Shown here: positions 38,635 through 50,815 of the stretch, piece after piece
Numbering within the stretch: the first letter of the stretch is position 1
How the letters are laid out: the number at the start of each line of letters is the position of its first letter
Assembly (NCBI RefSeq): GCF_018977255.1
Contig: NW_024704743.1
Span: 70,310,001 to 70,374,000 of the forward strand
Direction: 5' to 3'
DNA length: 64,000 bases
Origin: Callorhinchus milii
Taxonomy: Eukaryota
Made by a program: the position numbers and the translations under genes
Notes under the pieces: model-generated
Told to the model about the DNA's origin: nothing
Seen by the model: the letters and a program-made list of their open reading frames with translations, nothing else
Databases searched by the model: none

Positions 38635-40595
38635 ATGTGCACTACCCCCTCCTGCCACTCCCCATCCTTACACTCCTTTGTCTCCATTTCTCCCCTCCTC
38701 CCTCTCAACCACAATCACCTGCATCAAGTTCACCACCTGCTGCCTCGACCCCTCTCCACTCAGCTGCTGGTCACTCAACTTCCCCTCCTCTCCCCCTTGC
38801 TGGCTGACATGGTCAACCAATCTCTTTCCTTAGGCTCTGTTCCACTCCCCCTGAAAACCGCTGTCATCACACCCCTCCTCAAAAAACCCACCCTCAATCC
38901 CTTTAATCTCTCACACTACCATCCCATTTCCAACCTACCCTTCCTTGCCAAAGTCCTGGATCACATTGTTGCAAGTCAACTTTGGTCACACCTCTCCCTC
39001 CACTCCCTCCTTGAGCCCCTGCAGTCTGGTTTTTGACCTACCCACAGCACAGAGACAGCGCTTGTCAAAGTCACAAATGACATCCGCTCTATCTCCAACC
39101 AGGGCTCCCTCTGCCTCCTCGTCCTCCTGGATCTCTCTGCTGCATTCGATACAATCAATCATGCCATCCTCCTCCACCGCCTTTTCTCCCTCACCCACCT
39201 TAGTGGGACCGCACTTGCATTGTTAGAGTCCTACTGAACCAACCGCCTGCATTTCATCTTGGCAAATGGTTTCTCCTCCCGCTACCGCCAGGTCACCTGT
39301 TGGGTACCCCAGAGCTCCATCCTTGGCCCTCTTATTTTCCTCATCTATATGCTCCTTCTGGGTGATGTCATCCGCAGACACAGGGTAAACTTCCACATGT
39401 ATGCGGATGACACACAAATCTACTTTGACTCCTCCAGTACCAACTCCAGGTCCTATAATAATAATAATAATAATAATAATCCTTGCATTTGATATAGCGC
39501 TTTTCACGTCGGGAGGACGTCCCAAAGCGCTTCACAGAATATACTGTAAAGTGAATTGACTGTATATTTGAGGGCGAACGCGGCAGCCAATTGCGCACAG
39601 CAATGTCCCACAAACAGTCGTAGATTGAAAATAACCAATTTTATTATATTGTTTTTGGTTTTTGGCGGGATTATTATTAGGCGTGTGGAGTAAGGAAACT
39701 TGCCCAAGGTTTCGCCCTCTGCCTGTATCGACTCCAGTATTGATATCAGGGCCTGGGTGATTGCAAACTTCCTGCGATTGAAATGTGGACAAGACAGAAG
39801 CCATACTCCTTGGTTCCCATCAACGTCTTCACTCCTGCAGATCTAAACTCCTCATCCTCCCAGGACTCTTTCTCAGACTCACTGAATCAGTGAGCAATCT
39901 AATCGTACGTTTCGACTCCCAACTGTCCTTCCTCCCCCACTTCTGGTCCCTGACCAGGACCGCCTTCCTCCACCTACGCCACATTGCCCGCCTCTAACCG
40001 TACCTTACCCCAAATGCAGCTGAAAGCCTTGTGCATGTGTTTGTCACCTCCCGCTTGGATTACTCCAACACACTCCTCGCCGGTCTCCCTAGCTCCACCA
40101 TTCAAAAAATCCAGCTCATTCAGAGCTCTGCTGCCCACATACGTACACGGATTGAACTCCATACCCACATCTCACCAGTTCTGACCCAGGCTTCACTGGC
40201 TCCCCATCACCGAACAGATCGACTTCAAGATCCTCACACTCGTATTCAAATACATTCATTCCCTGGCACCTCCCTACCTCTCTGACCTCCTCACTCCCCA
40301 ATCCACCACCCGGCACCTCCGCTCGACTGGCACCGGCCTCCTGCTTGTCACTCGCACCCTCTGCTCCACCACTGGAGGTCGCACGTTAAGCCACTACACC
40401 CGAAACCCTGGAACCCTCAATCGCTCCGCCTTGCCCCCTCTCTCCCCTTTTTCAAATTCCGCATGAAAACCTTCCTTTTCGACAGTGCTTATAGTCATCT
40501 GCCTCATCCTCCCAGCTTGGAGTCAGACTCCACTGTTAAGAGCTCTGAGATGCTACCTTGCATGGAGGGCGCTATATGACTGCAAGTTGTTTTTG
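38635..40595 (+). mobile_element. Older L2 copy (RT region to 3' end) interrupted by a SINE at 39456-39735
   Basis: [65 protein letters not shown]; type-B tail AGAGCTCTGAGATGCTACCTTGCATGGAGGGCGCTATATG. Confidence 0.93.
39456..39735 (-). mobile_element. Young SINE (short subfamily, 5'-truncated within box B) carrying the L2 type-A tail loop
   Basis: Body matches the SINE with CpGs intact; tail AGCGCTTTGGGACGTCCTCCCGACGTGAAAAGCGCTATATCAAATGCAAGG(ATT)n. Confidence 0.93.
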
Positions 40596-41976
40596 TTGAG
40601 AATGGCTGTCCTCGGTCACTGTTGATATGGTCTATGGAGTTTCTGGCCCTCAACATTACTGCTAGAGATTTTGAACAATGAAATGGGCAAAATAATGTAG
40701 CCTTCCAGGACAACCTGTGGTCTTGAAGGTGAAAATTGTGTATTTTTATTCCACCAGTGTTTATGCCCACGGATATATGCTGAGGACCAAAAAGTCTAAT
40801 GCTACAAGTTTATGGACAACGCTTGGATGCAACCATTGTGATGGAGAGGAGATCACATCCCCGGCTAATATTTGATTATTGACTATCTTCAATTACCAAC
40901 TAGCTTCGTTGACCACATTTATCAACTATGTAATAATTATCACCAGTGATAATTAATACATTGCAGGGTGCAATTTTCACTCTGTGAATCAACCCCTTTT
41001 TCTAGCACAACACCCCAAGCTTGCTCCTTAACGTATGACTTTTACAGTGTGTACTTATAAATACACTTTAATGTTTTTCTCTTTTCTATGGGGCAGTGCA
41101 TGGCTGTACTGTAGTTTGATGGCTCCCCACAATCACGTGGCTCAGGATAGTAACTCATTGTATGTTAGGAAGCCACCGACCCACAACCTATGGTAGTGCA
41201 ATGTGTAGGGCACCAGTAAGTTTGTGTTTGAAGGCCGCTTTCAAACAGGCATAAACCAGCTGTGCAAAAATAAATAAAAGACGCAAATGGTCAAATCCAT
41301 TAAACAATTAGGAGTCCTTGGTGACATAATTTACCCATAATTACAAGCAAGTAAAGATACCATGGCAACCTGCAAGATCCAAATAAGTGCACACTGAATG
41401 CTTTGACCAGAGGGATCAGAAACAATTGAGTAATGAGAACAGTGAGTAATCTAATAAATGGAACAACTTCACTACTTGTGTTGCAATTTTATGTATGATT
41501 TAAAAATGCAAGCACAAATAGTCCATGATAATCTGAAAGCTGAGTTATGAAATGGTTGAAGGATTTAGAGTATAAATACCATTTCCTCTGTGGTCTATAA
41601 ATAATGCTAATCCATTAGCTACCAGATCAGGTTTGAAAGAAAACATGCTTGTGATGAAGCACCAGTTGCTCAGCGCATCATTGGATTTGGCCCAATTTGA
41701 GTTTGGTCCAGAATATTGACCTTTGATCTTTATCGGCCCTAGATGCTGCATGAGCATCAGACTGACTCATTTGGTAGCCCTGCCATCTTTTTTTTGGTCA
41801 GCCGGGTGTCTGACACATGCAGAAACCCATCACCATGCTTAAGAGTATCCAAACCAAACTGAGAGTTCCATGCATCCCACCTATGGATGGAAATCCCAGA
41901 GATAGATTGTTTGAATGGAATGCACACTCTCTGCCTGGAGGGACACATCCTGCTTACCTAATTCCGGAAAGTATTA

Positions 41977-43232
41977 CAACAACAACTTACATTTATATAG
42001 CGCTCCTCAGGCAGGGTAGTGTCCCAGAGAACTTGACAGTGGCGGAGCATGACTTCGAGCCAGGGGGATGGGGGGAGGTGACCATAGGCATGGTCGAATA
42101 GGAAGGTCTTCAGGCATGACCTGAAAATGGGGAAGGAAGGGGCAAGGTGGAGGGATAGAGGAAGAGTTTCCAGAGTTTCAGGGCATAGTGGCTGAAAGCG
42201 CGGCCACCGATGGTGGAACAGAGGGCACGGGGGACAAACAGAAGGCCAGAGCCAGTCGAGTGGAGGTAGCAACAACACAACAACAAAACAACAACAACAA
42301 GATTCCATTTATAGAGCGCCTTTCACGTCGGGAGGATGTCCCAAGGCGCTGTACAGTTGGATGAGGACCCGAGCAGGGGGGAAATGGTCAGGGTGAGGGA
42401 AGGGAAGGGAGGGAGCGATGAGGGGGTAGAGAGTCGAGAGGGGAGCTGAAGGCACGGTCAAAGAGAAAGGTCTTGAGACTGGCCTTGAAGGAGGAAAGGG
42501 AGGAGGCGGCGAAGGCACTGGGGGATAGAGTTCCAGAGCCTAGGGGCTGAGAGGCTGAAGGCCCGGCCACCGATGGTAGGGCGGTTGGGGCGGGGGATGT
42601 GGAGCAGACTGGAGCCAGAGGAACGGAGGGTACAGGCAGGTAGGTAGGGGGATAGTAGGTCAGAGAGGTAGGAGGGAGCAAGGCCGTGAATGGCCTTGTA
42701 GGTGAGGATGAGGATCTTGAATTCGATTGGTTGAATTCAGCAGGTTGTAGGTTGGGGGTAAGCAAGTTGGAGAGGTAGGGAGGTGCCAGAGCATGAAGGG
42801 ATTTGAAAATGAGTTTGAGTTCAGTGGTGGAGAGCCAGTGGAGCCTGGCTAGTACTGTTGTGATGAGGCTATGGAGTTTGGTGCAGGTGAGTATGCGGGT
42901 GACATAGTTTTTGGATCAGTTGGATCCTGTGCATGTGGAGCTGGGGAGAGCGGCAAAGAGGGCTTTTGAGAGGTACAGTCGGGAGGTGATGAACCCATGG
43001 ACGAGTGTTTCGGCTGCATCCGTGGTAAAGTACAGTCGGAGGCGGGCAATGTGGTGGAAGTGGAGGAAGGGAGTCCTGATCACGGACTGGATGTGGGAAA
43101 GGAAAGACAGTTGGGGGTCAAACCTGATGCCTAGGTTGCACATTCGTTCATTAAATCTGAGGGATAGGATGGGGTGATTGAGGGGCTCAGACCTGCAGGG
43201 TAGAAGACGTTGACGGAAGCCAATGAGTATGA
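41977..43232 (-). mobile_element. Nested L2s: older type-B L2 (41977-42270 and 42745-43232) interrupted by a young type-A L2 3' end (about 42270-42725)
   Basis: Two successive (CAA)n tails on the plus strand; 42300-42725 is near-identical to the reverse complement of 9480-9925; the flanking pieces encode degenerate RFDPQLSF..TLVHGFITSRL. Confidence 0.88.
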
Positions 43233-43689
43233 CATTGCAGTAAATTGGTTGCCTTTTTTACCTAAAAATAGAGTCTCTACACATTGTAGTAAAATTCTTT
43301 GGAGTTCTTTGAGCCATTCTTCCTGACATGAAGAGGCTACATCAAATGCAAAGATTATTATTATTTATTTGTTTAGGTCATACAAAAAGGTAAATATGTT
43401 GATTACAGAAGCTCTTACCACTTGTGGGATGGGGAAGGGTTGATAAATATATGTTTGTATAACCCTTGAATCTGATATAGCACCCATATTGTTGAAATCT
43501 CTCAAAGTGCGTCACAGGGAATTTTCTTATAAGTTAGTGACTGGATAATATAAGCAAATGTGTACAGTAATGTCTCGTAGGTGAATTGCCAATTAGTTTT
43601 GAGAAATAGTGGCCTGAATGAAGAATGACTAGTTGACTGAATATGTCAGTCAAGATATTATAAAACGTGAAATCCAAAACTCCTTGGGC

Positions 43690-44320
43690 TAGTAGAATCA
43701 TAGAAATTTACAGGACAGAAAAAGGCAATTTGGCCCATCAAGTCTGCATTGGCTCTCAGAGCAAACTAACCACTCAATCCCATGATCATGTTCTATCGCC
43801 ATACTCTTTTAAGCCTCCATCTTTCTACCTTTCTACATTTCTTTCCTTCCTCTTCAAACCTACAATGGACTTTGCTACTACCACCTTACTGAGCATGTGT
43901 TCCACATCCCAATAACTCTCTTGAATAAGATGTCTTAATTAAATATGTTTCTGAACAGGCACGTGCTGTTGCTTTAAGGTTTCATAGAACGATAAACTAC
44001 AGAAATCTATTAGGAGGCCATTCGATCCATTGTGTTAGGGTTGCTATTTGCTTCTCCGTTGAAAGCATTTATCCTAATCCCAATACCCTGCTCTTTCCCA
44101 TACCTTATAATACTCTTCCTCTGCATGTGCTTACTTAATTCCTTTTTAAATGGCTAAATTGACTATATTCTAACAGCTTTTTCTGGCAATTCATTCCATA
44201 TTCTGATAACCCTCTGGGAGAAAATAATCTTCCTAATTTCTCCTTTCATGCACCTATTTATAATCTTAAATTCATGTGCTCTTTTCCGTGAATCATCTAC
44301 CCGCAGAAACATTTACCATT
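43690..44320 (-). mobile_element. Two CR1 3' fragments
   Basis: Reverse tails AGAATCATAGAAATTTACAGGACAGAAAAAGGCAATTTGGCCCATC and AGGAGGCCATTCGATCCATTG; ATTCCATATTCTGATAACCCTCTG. Confidence 0.78.
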
Positions 44321-45629
44321 TATCCTAAAAAAAATTGATGCCAGTTCTTCCATCGTGTAATCATTTGAAAAGATCAACATGGATTGGTCTTTTGTGTGAT
44401 GGGAAGGCAAACACTCTGTGAGCCTGGGTAAGCAAGAGAACAGCATATAATACATTTTCTTGGTACTGACGGATAGCTCTATTATTAGTGTTATAGTGTG
44501 GCAGTTGTCCTTGATGCCTTTCTTTGTCCACACAGTTTTACCTGGGGGGATGGTTGTCTTTACACATAGCTCAAGAAGATTTCAGCAGTTTTATTACCCC
44601 ATTGTGTTTTAAGAAATTGACTTAAGTAAGGGATGGCCAGAACCTGAGGGTGTGCTGTACAGTAATGACACTTTGTGCAGTCGTTTCTACTGCAATATAT
44701 TGTTTACAGTACCACATATTGTATCATAATAGATATAGGGATGAGGTACTTTTGGTTCTTTAAACTCTGGCGGGGAAACTAAGGCTCCCAAGAAAGTTTT
44801 GGCAGTGACTGAAATCCCCCTTGGCAGAAGAAGCCAAAGAAAGGATTACTAAATTGGCACCAGATTGTCACAATACAACCCCTGGAGCCAAGCTCCCCAC
44901 CAAATCTGAGAAGAAGCCACAAAGCAAGTTTACACTGATCCTCCTAACATCTCTCACTCATCACGAGCAGAGGTAAAACTTTGCTGTTAATAAAACATAA
45001 ATATATATTAAATGTTTAAAAAAAATTCTCTACAAATTCTCTCCATCAGTTATACTGAAAGGCAGATAACTAGAGAAAAAAAGATCAACTTCAAAAGGCT
45101 AGATAGCTAATACTGCTAGTAGCTGCTTAGGCTCTATTTATGCTTCTAATTTTCCATCAAAGAAAAACATAGAAAAACTTGGAATTATTTAGATTGAAAT
45201 TTACATCCATTTTTTACATTAACACTGTAGAAACAATTTTTATAAGATAAAGGCTGAAAACAAACTATTTTTCTGCAGCTTTTGGATGCTGATCTTAAAA
45301 TATAATTTTATACCAGATATAAAAGCTACTTTTAATCTTATTCGTATTTCAGTAATGATTGGACAATTACTATAAATGTATAGACCAGTCAACCAGACTG
45401 ACAGTCAACAGACTGGAGGGGGAACAAACTGTAAAGACAATTTGCTATCCAAGTAATGGAATATAAAATTAACAAATATTAGTATATTTTGGCATTATCT
45501 TTTACAACAGATTTAGAGACTGCAGAGCTCTGAGTTCATTTACACATCTGCTTTTACAGACGTTGAAACTAAATAGGATTGGGAGGTGTCCACCACTACA
45601 AATAAGAAAGCTAGGGGATGAAAATTACA

Positions 45630-46390
45630 CAGAAATATTTACAAAGGATTTACAGGATGGAAACCGGACACTCTGCCCAAACAGTCCATGCCGCTGTTTA
45701 TACTCCATATGAATATTCACCCATTCCTTATTCTCTCCCAGACCTTTCTATTTCCCACACACTCAGGTGAAGGTCCAGATTCATCTTGAATGCATCTATA
45801 TCATCTGATAACCCTTCNAAAAAATAAATTAATTGGTCACTCAGTCCACAACTGTTTGTGGGACCACTGCTGTGCGCAATTGGCTGCCGCGTTTTGCCCA
45901 CAAAATAGACAGTCAGAAGCGTTTTGAAATGTCCTGAAGACGTGATATATCGCTATATCAAATACAAGAATTATTATTATTATCTGATTCAACCACCGCT
46001 TCAGGCAGAAGTTCCACAATCTCACTACCCTCTGTATGAAGTAGTTTCTCCTAAATTCTCTTTTAGATCCCCAGGTCACTATCTCATATTTGTGTCTCCT
46101 GGTTATAGACTTCCTAACCAGTAGAAACAGCCTATTTTTTATGTTAATCTTAAAAAATTAAACACTTTTTAGTAGGTCCCTCCCTTAAACATCTCTTCTC
46201 CAGTGAAAAAGGCCAAATCAATCCAATCTATCCTGATAGCTGTAAGCTGCCAGCCCTGATATCATCCTCGTAAACCTGCGCAGTACTCTTTGCATCGCTG
46301 CTATATCCTTCTTATCGTGAGGAGACCAACAGTGGACCAAATAAATGTGGTCTAACAACTGTTTTGTATAAATTCAACATCATTTTGCAC
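45630..46390 (-). mobile_element. CR1 3' region interrupted by a SINE
   Basis: Minus frame RRNYFIQRVVRLWNF; reverse of ACTGCGCAGGTTTACGAGGATGATATCAGGGCTG (RRFTRMI.GL). Confidence 0.85.
45820..45985 (+). mobile_element. SINE 3' half inserted into a CR1 copy
   Basis: TTGGTCACTCAGTCCACAACTGTTTGTGGGACCACTGCTGTGCGCAATTGGCTGCCGCG..(ATT)n; it starts next to an ambiguous base N at about 45818. Confidence 0.85.
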
Positions 46391-48164
46391 AATGTGATTT
46401 TGTGGTCTATCACATGTAAAGTGTTTGACCTCTATATCATTTCAGACTGATGTTTCTGTACATAATTGTAAATCGGAGCTTTCAAACTACTCCTGCAAAT
46501 AATTAATGTGAAAAATATAGTGGCAGTAATTTCTGCCATCATATTCTGAATTAGCCTTTTCTATTCTTAGATATATAGCCAAATAATTCAACATCAATTT
46601 GCTTGTTTCACTTATTTTGAATCTTTCCTTAGGTCTTCTTTGAACTCCAAGAACAACAAGAACTTGCATTTACAAAGCATACTACATGTCAAAAATTAGT
46701 CTCTTTGAAAATTCTTTGAAGATGCAACAAAGCTACTGATTAGGCATAATTTACAATAGGTATTGTCTGTGCCTTTAAGAATTGAAACAGCCTTTGTGAC
46801 AGATCCATAAATATAGGTCACTTTGAAGCCACAAATGTAAGTGCACATGACATCACCATCTCATGTGAGCTTTGGGCTAGGGCTAATTGAATGGCATATA
46901 CCATAACACCAGACTACACTTTTTCAGACATGCATACTTATTGGAGTATAGAGTACATACAGAAGACATGATAAGACAAGCTACATAACACTCATCCTGT
47001 AATTAGTAACTACATTGACAATGTGAAAGGGAAAATGTCATTGAGATAATAATAATCCCTACATTTGATAGCGTCTTATCACTTCAACAGAATTTCTCCA
47101 AACTCTTTACAGGGTTTACTGTAAAGTGTAGTGACTGTGTAGTTTTAGGAAATACCAAGCTAGAGTAGGTGAAATAGCAACTGGGAGCTTTATGCCAAAT
47201 TAATATTAAGAAAAGCTCCATTCAAACCGTTTCCACATTGTTTCTACAGAATGTCAAAACAAGTACCATCTCACATTCCGTTTGTCAACATTTTGGTTCT
47301 CTTGGATGCAATTATCTAAATATTGGATAATTACTCCAATATCTGTACTTCAATATCCGTTGACTAATCCAAATGTTGTGCCTGGAAATGGCACATATCC
47401 CAAAGGATGTTACTACTTTAGGCTGATCATGAAAGTATAAGAACCTTCAGTTGTGGTTGAACATATGGAATGTACAGAATAAACATTCCCCTCTTGCACA
47501 TCTCTTTTTAGTCATCTCCATTGAATTCATTATTGATGGCTGCCAAGCCAATGCAACCTCATTCTCCCAACCCTTGAGGGAGCAGCATGTAGTTATGATT
47601 ACAGCACAGGATATTGGGTCAAACTCCAGACAGACAGTAGGAAAGCTCCCTACAACTGTATTATATAATAATAATTATAATAATTCTTGCATTTGATACA
47701 GAGCCTTGTCATGTATTCAAGATGTCTCAAAGTGATTCATAGATATACTGTAAAGTTAATTGACTGTATATTTTGTGGGCAAAACAAATTTGTACTTTCC
47801 GATTGATTTTGTACACCAAAAGGAGTAATTTTAGTAGTTTAGTTCTGGCTCTTAGTTCATTTGTGTTGAAAGTATCTGAATGGAAGCCAGGTTCCTTGTT
47901 TTTAGTGCTGAATATTCAGCTGCTCATCCAGGTTGTTCTGTGTTTTAGATTCATTAACCCATTATCATCCAGACAGAATAAAACTATCCTCGGATACAAA
48001 GGCAGACCTGGAAATGATGATAAATTTTCTTGAATGAAAGAACCTGGATTAATACACTTTACCAAGAACAAAATACCTTGGTGAAGCACTTTGAGACCTT
48101 AAGATGTGAGAAGGTGCTCTGTCAAATGCAAGGATTATTGGTGTTATTATTATTGTATAAATGA

Positions 48165-48410
48165 GGTGTTAGTCTGGCTCAATGGTAGCAATCTCGCCTC
48201 TGGGTCAGAAGGTTGTGGGTTCAAGCCTCAAATCGGGATTTGTAATCAAATAGTCTAAATTGACACTTCACTGCACTGCTGGGGGTGCGTTGCATTGTTA
48301 GAGGTGCCGTCCGTCTGCCTTTTCAGGTGGATATTAAAGATCCCATGGCACTATTTGAAAATAGGAGGGAGTTTCTCGTGGTGTCCTGGCCAACAATCTC
48401 CCCAAATAAA
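48165..48410 (+). mobile_element. DeuSINE 5' portion
   Basis: GGCTCAATGGTAGCAATCTCGCCTCTGGGTCAGAAGGTTGTGGGTTCAAG..CAGGTGGATATTAAAGATCCCATGGCACTATTTG. Confidence 0.87.
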
Positions 48411-48589
48411 AATTGTGTTAAGCGCTCAAATTGGGCCAAATCCAATAATGTGGTGAGCAAGTGCTGCTCCACCAGAACGGCATGTTTTCTTTCAATACCC
48501 GATCTTGTAGCTGATGGATCAGCATTACAGTAATATTAGACCACAGAGGAAATGGTATTTTTCCTTTAAATCCTTCAGGGGTACCACAG

Positions 48590-48790
48590 AAACATAAAAA
48601 TTTACAGAACCATTGTGTCTGTACCGGCTCTTTTAAGAGCAATCCTTCCAGTCCCATTTACCTGCCCTTTCCCTATATCCCATAGTTTACTCCTTTTTAG
48701 ATATTTACCTTGCACCTTTTTGAAAGCTACTATGGATTCTGCTTCAACTACTGCTCCTGAGGGGGCATTCCAAATCCTAACCACTGTACT
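48590..48790 (-). mobile_element. CR1 3' end
   Basis: Minus frame VRIWNAPSGAVVEAESIVAFKK and shark-type tail GGATTGCTCTTAAAAGAGCCGGTACAGACACAATGG. Confidence 0.85.
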
Positions 48791-49312
48791 CTATGCATGA
48801 AAATGAGGAATGAGGAGTGAGCTAAGAGACATGGACTGTGAGGCCTTACTCAACGACAAATCAATTGAGTACAATTGAAATTATTAAAAACATTCTACAG
48901 AGCACACAGATTAGGTACATACACAACTGCAGCAGGCCCAAATTAATCAAAAACATCAAATTCATCAATAGGAAAATAAAAAGGGAGTTAATAATAAAAA
49001 TGAAGATTAACAAAGGTTAAAGGAAAACAGAGAGGTTCATTATTGAACAAAATGTTAGACTGTATATACAGAGGTTAAAAAAAGAGATTGGGGTTCCAAG
49101 AGAGATTTAGAAAGGCACATAGCAGCAAATGCAACGCATAATGCTGAAATATTCGTTAAATGTTTTAACAGTAAGATGGTAGTCAGGGAAGATATTCAAA
49201 TCCTAAAGTAATAAAATTGATTAAAAAAAAAGAATGGATTGGAATTAGTTAGCATGTTTCCTGGAGTTTTTTTTTACCAAGGGGGACATTGAAAACATGT
49301 CTATCCGTGTTT

Positions 49313-49365
49313 TAAGCGCTTTGGGACGTCCTCCCGACGTGAAAAGCGCTATATCAAATGCAAGG

Positions 49366-49412
<47 letters not shown>
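49313..49412 (+). mobile_element. Ultra-short SINE tail insertion with a long pure (ATT)n
   Basis: AAGCGCTTTGGGACGTCCTCCCGACGTGAAAAGCGCTATATCAAATGCAAGG followed by about 15 ATT units. Confidence 0.9.
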
Positions 49413-49545
49413 CCAGCCCCAGCATCTAGCAAACATTGGTTGAGCTCCAGGACTCCAGGTATAAGTGAAGCTAAGCTTCTAGAAAGACTTGAGGGGCTGA
49501 ACCCAGAATTCTCCCAGACCACATGAAATGTACCCTAGGGTACTT

Positions 49546-49835
49546 ATAACAACAGCAGCAATAACTTCCATTTATATAGTGCCCTTCGTGTGGGGTAGCG
49601 TCTTGGAGTGCTTAACAGTGGTGAGTTTGATGCTGAGCCGGGGGGAGGGAGGAGGTGACCATAAGCACGACAAAGAGCAAGGTCTTCAATCGTCATTTAA
49701 AAGAGGGGAAGGAGGGGCAAGGCAAAAGGGTTGGGGTAGAGAGTTTTAAAGCTTTGAGGCATAGTAGCTGAAAGCACAGCCGCTGATGGTGGAGCGGAGG
49801 GTACCAGGGGCAGGCAGCGGCCAGAGCCAGCCGAG
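49546..49835 (-). mobile_element. L2 3' end, type-B tail
   Basis: Plus strand ACTTCCATTTATATAGTGCCCTTCGTGTGGGGTAGCGTCTTGGAGTGCTTAACAGTGG.., homologous to 41977-42270 and 4970-5250. Confidence 0.82.
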
Positions 49836-50399
49836 CGAGAAACAAGACAGGAGACTTGTGCAGCACTGAAGACATTACGAGAGAGTCAATTACCACTGGT
49901 GAGTTTCTAACAGACTGAAAAAAACAAATGTTATTCCCATATACAAAATGCTGACAGAACCGTACTTGGCACTTCAAGATCCATTAGCTCATCCTTATCT
50001 CAACAATTGAGTCAATCATTAGAAGGAAAGTGGTGGATTACTTGCATAAAAATAAACTAATAAATGGTAGCCAGCTTGGGTTCAGAAAGGTTTGATCTGT
50101 GGGAACCCATATTATGTAATGTGTCTAGACTTCCAAAATGCATTTGACAAATAATCATACAAACACTTCTAGACTGAGGTAACTGAGTATCAATAGCAAT
50201 AAATGGAGGAATGAGCTATCAACTATGATTAGACAAACAAATGCCCTTCAATCTTGAAAGGAGATGTCTCAGAGAGGATCTTATAAAGTGTACAAGATTT
50301 TAAATGGGATTGAGAAAATAAACTCACACATAATTTTTTCTTCTACTGTCTCAGATTCATCGAGACAGTAGAAGAAAAAGTAAAAGTTTAGACTTACAA

Positions 50400-50815
50400 C
50401 CTATTCTGACCCATTCAGCTTTCCTCCACCTCCGCAACAATGCCCACCTCCACCAGCACCTCTTCCCTTATTGTGCTTTCATCACATCCAGGCGAGGCAC
50501 CTCCAACTCTCTGTTCACTGGACTACCCAACTCTTCCCTCCACAAACTACAGGCCATCCAGAACTCTGCAGCTCATGTTGTCTACCACATTAGGTTTCCT
50601 AAGCCTTATGAGGCACCCCCATCCTTGCCCAGCTCCACTAGCTCCCCATCTGCCTCACTAGCTCCCCTTTGGTCATCTTCACCTCCCCACCCCATTGGGC
50701 CCCACCCCTCCCAAATCCAACGTCCAGCTTGGATGTAAACCCTTGACACAGAGCTTTGGGACATCCTCCCAACATAAAAAGATCTATACAAATGCAAATT
50801 GGTGCTGTTGTTGTT
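50400..50815 (+). mobile_element. Internally deleted L2 3' fragment inserted into a CR1 copy
   Basis: CACCTCCGCAAC.., CATCCAGAACTCTGCAGCTC and tail GGGACATCCTCCCAACATAAAAAGATCTATACAAATGCAA; CR1 sequence resumes on both sides. Confidence 0.8.
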
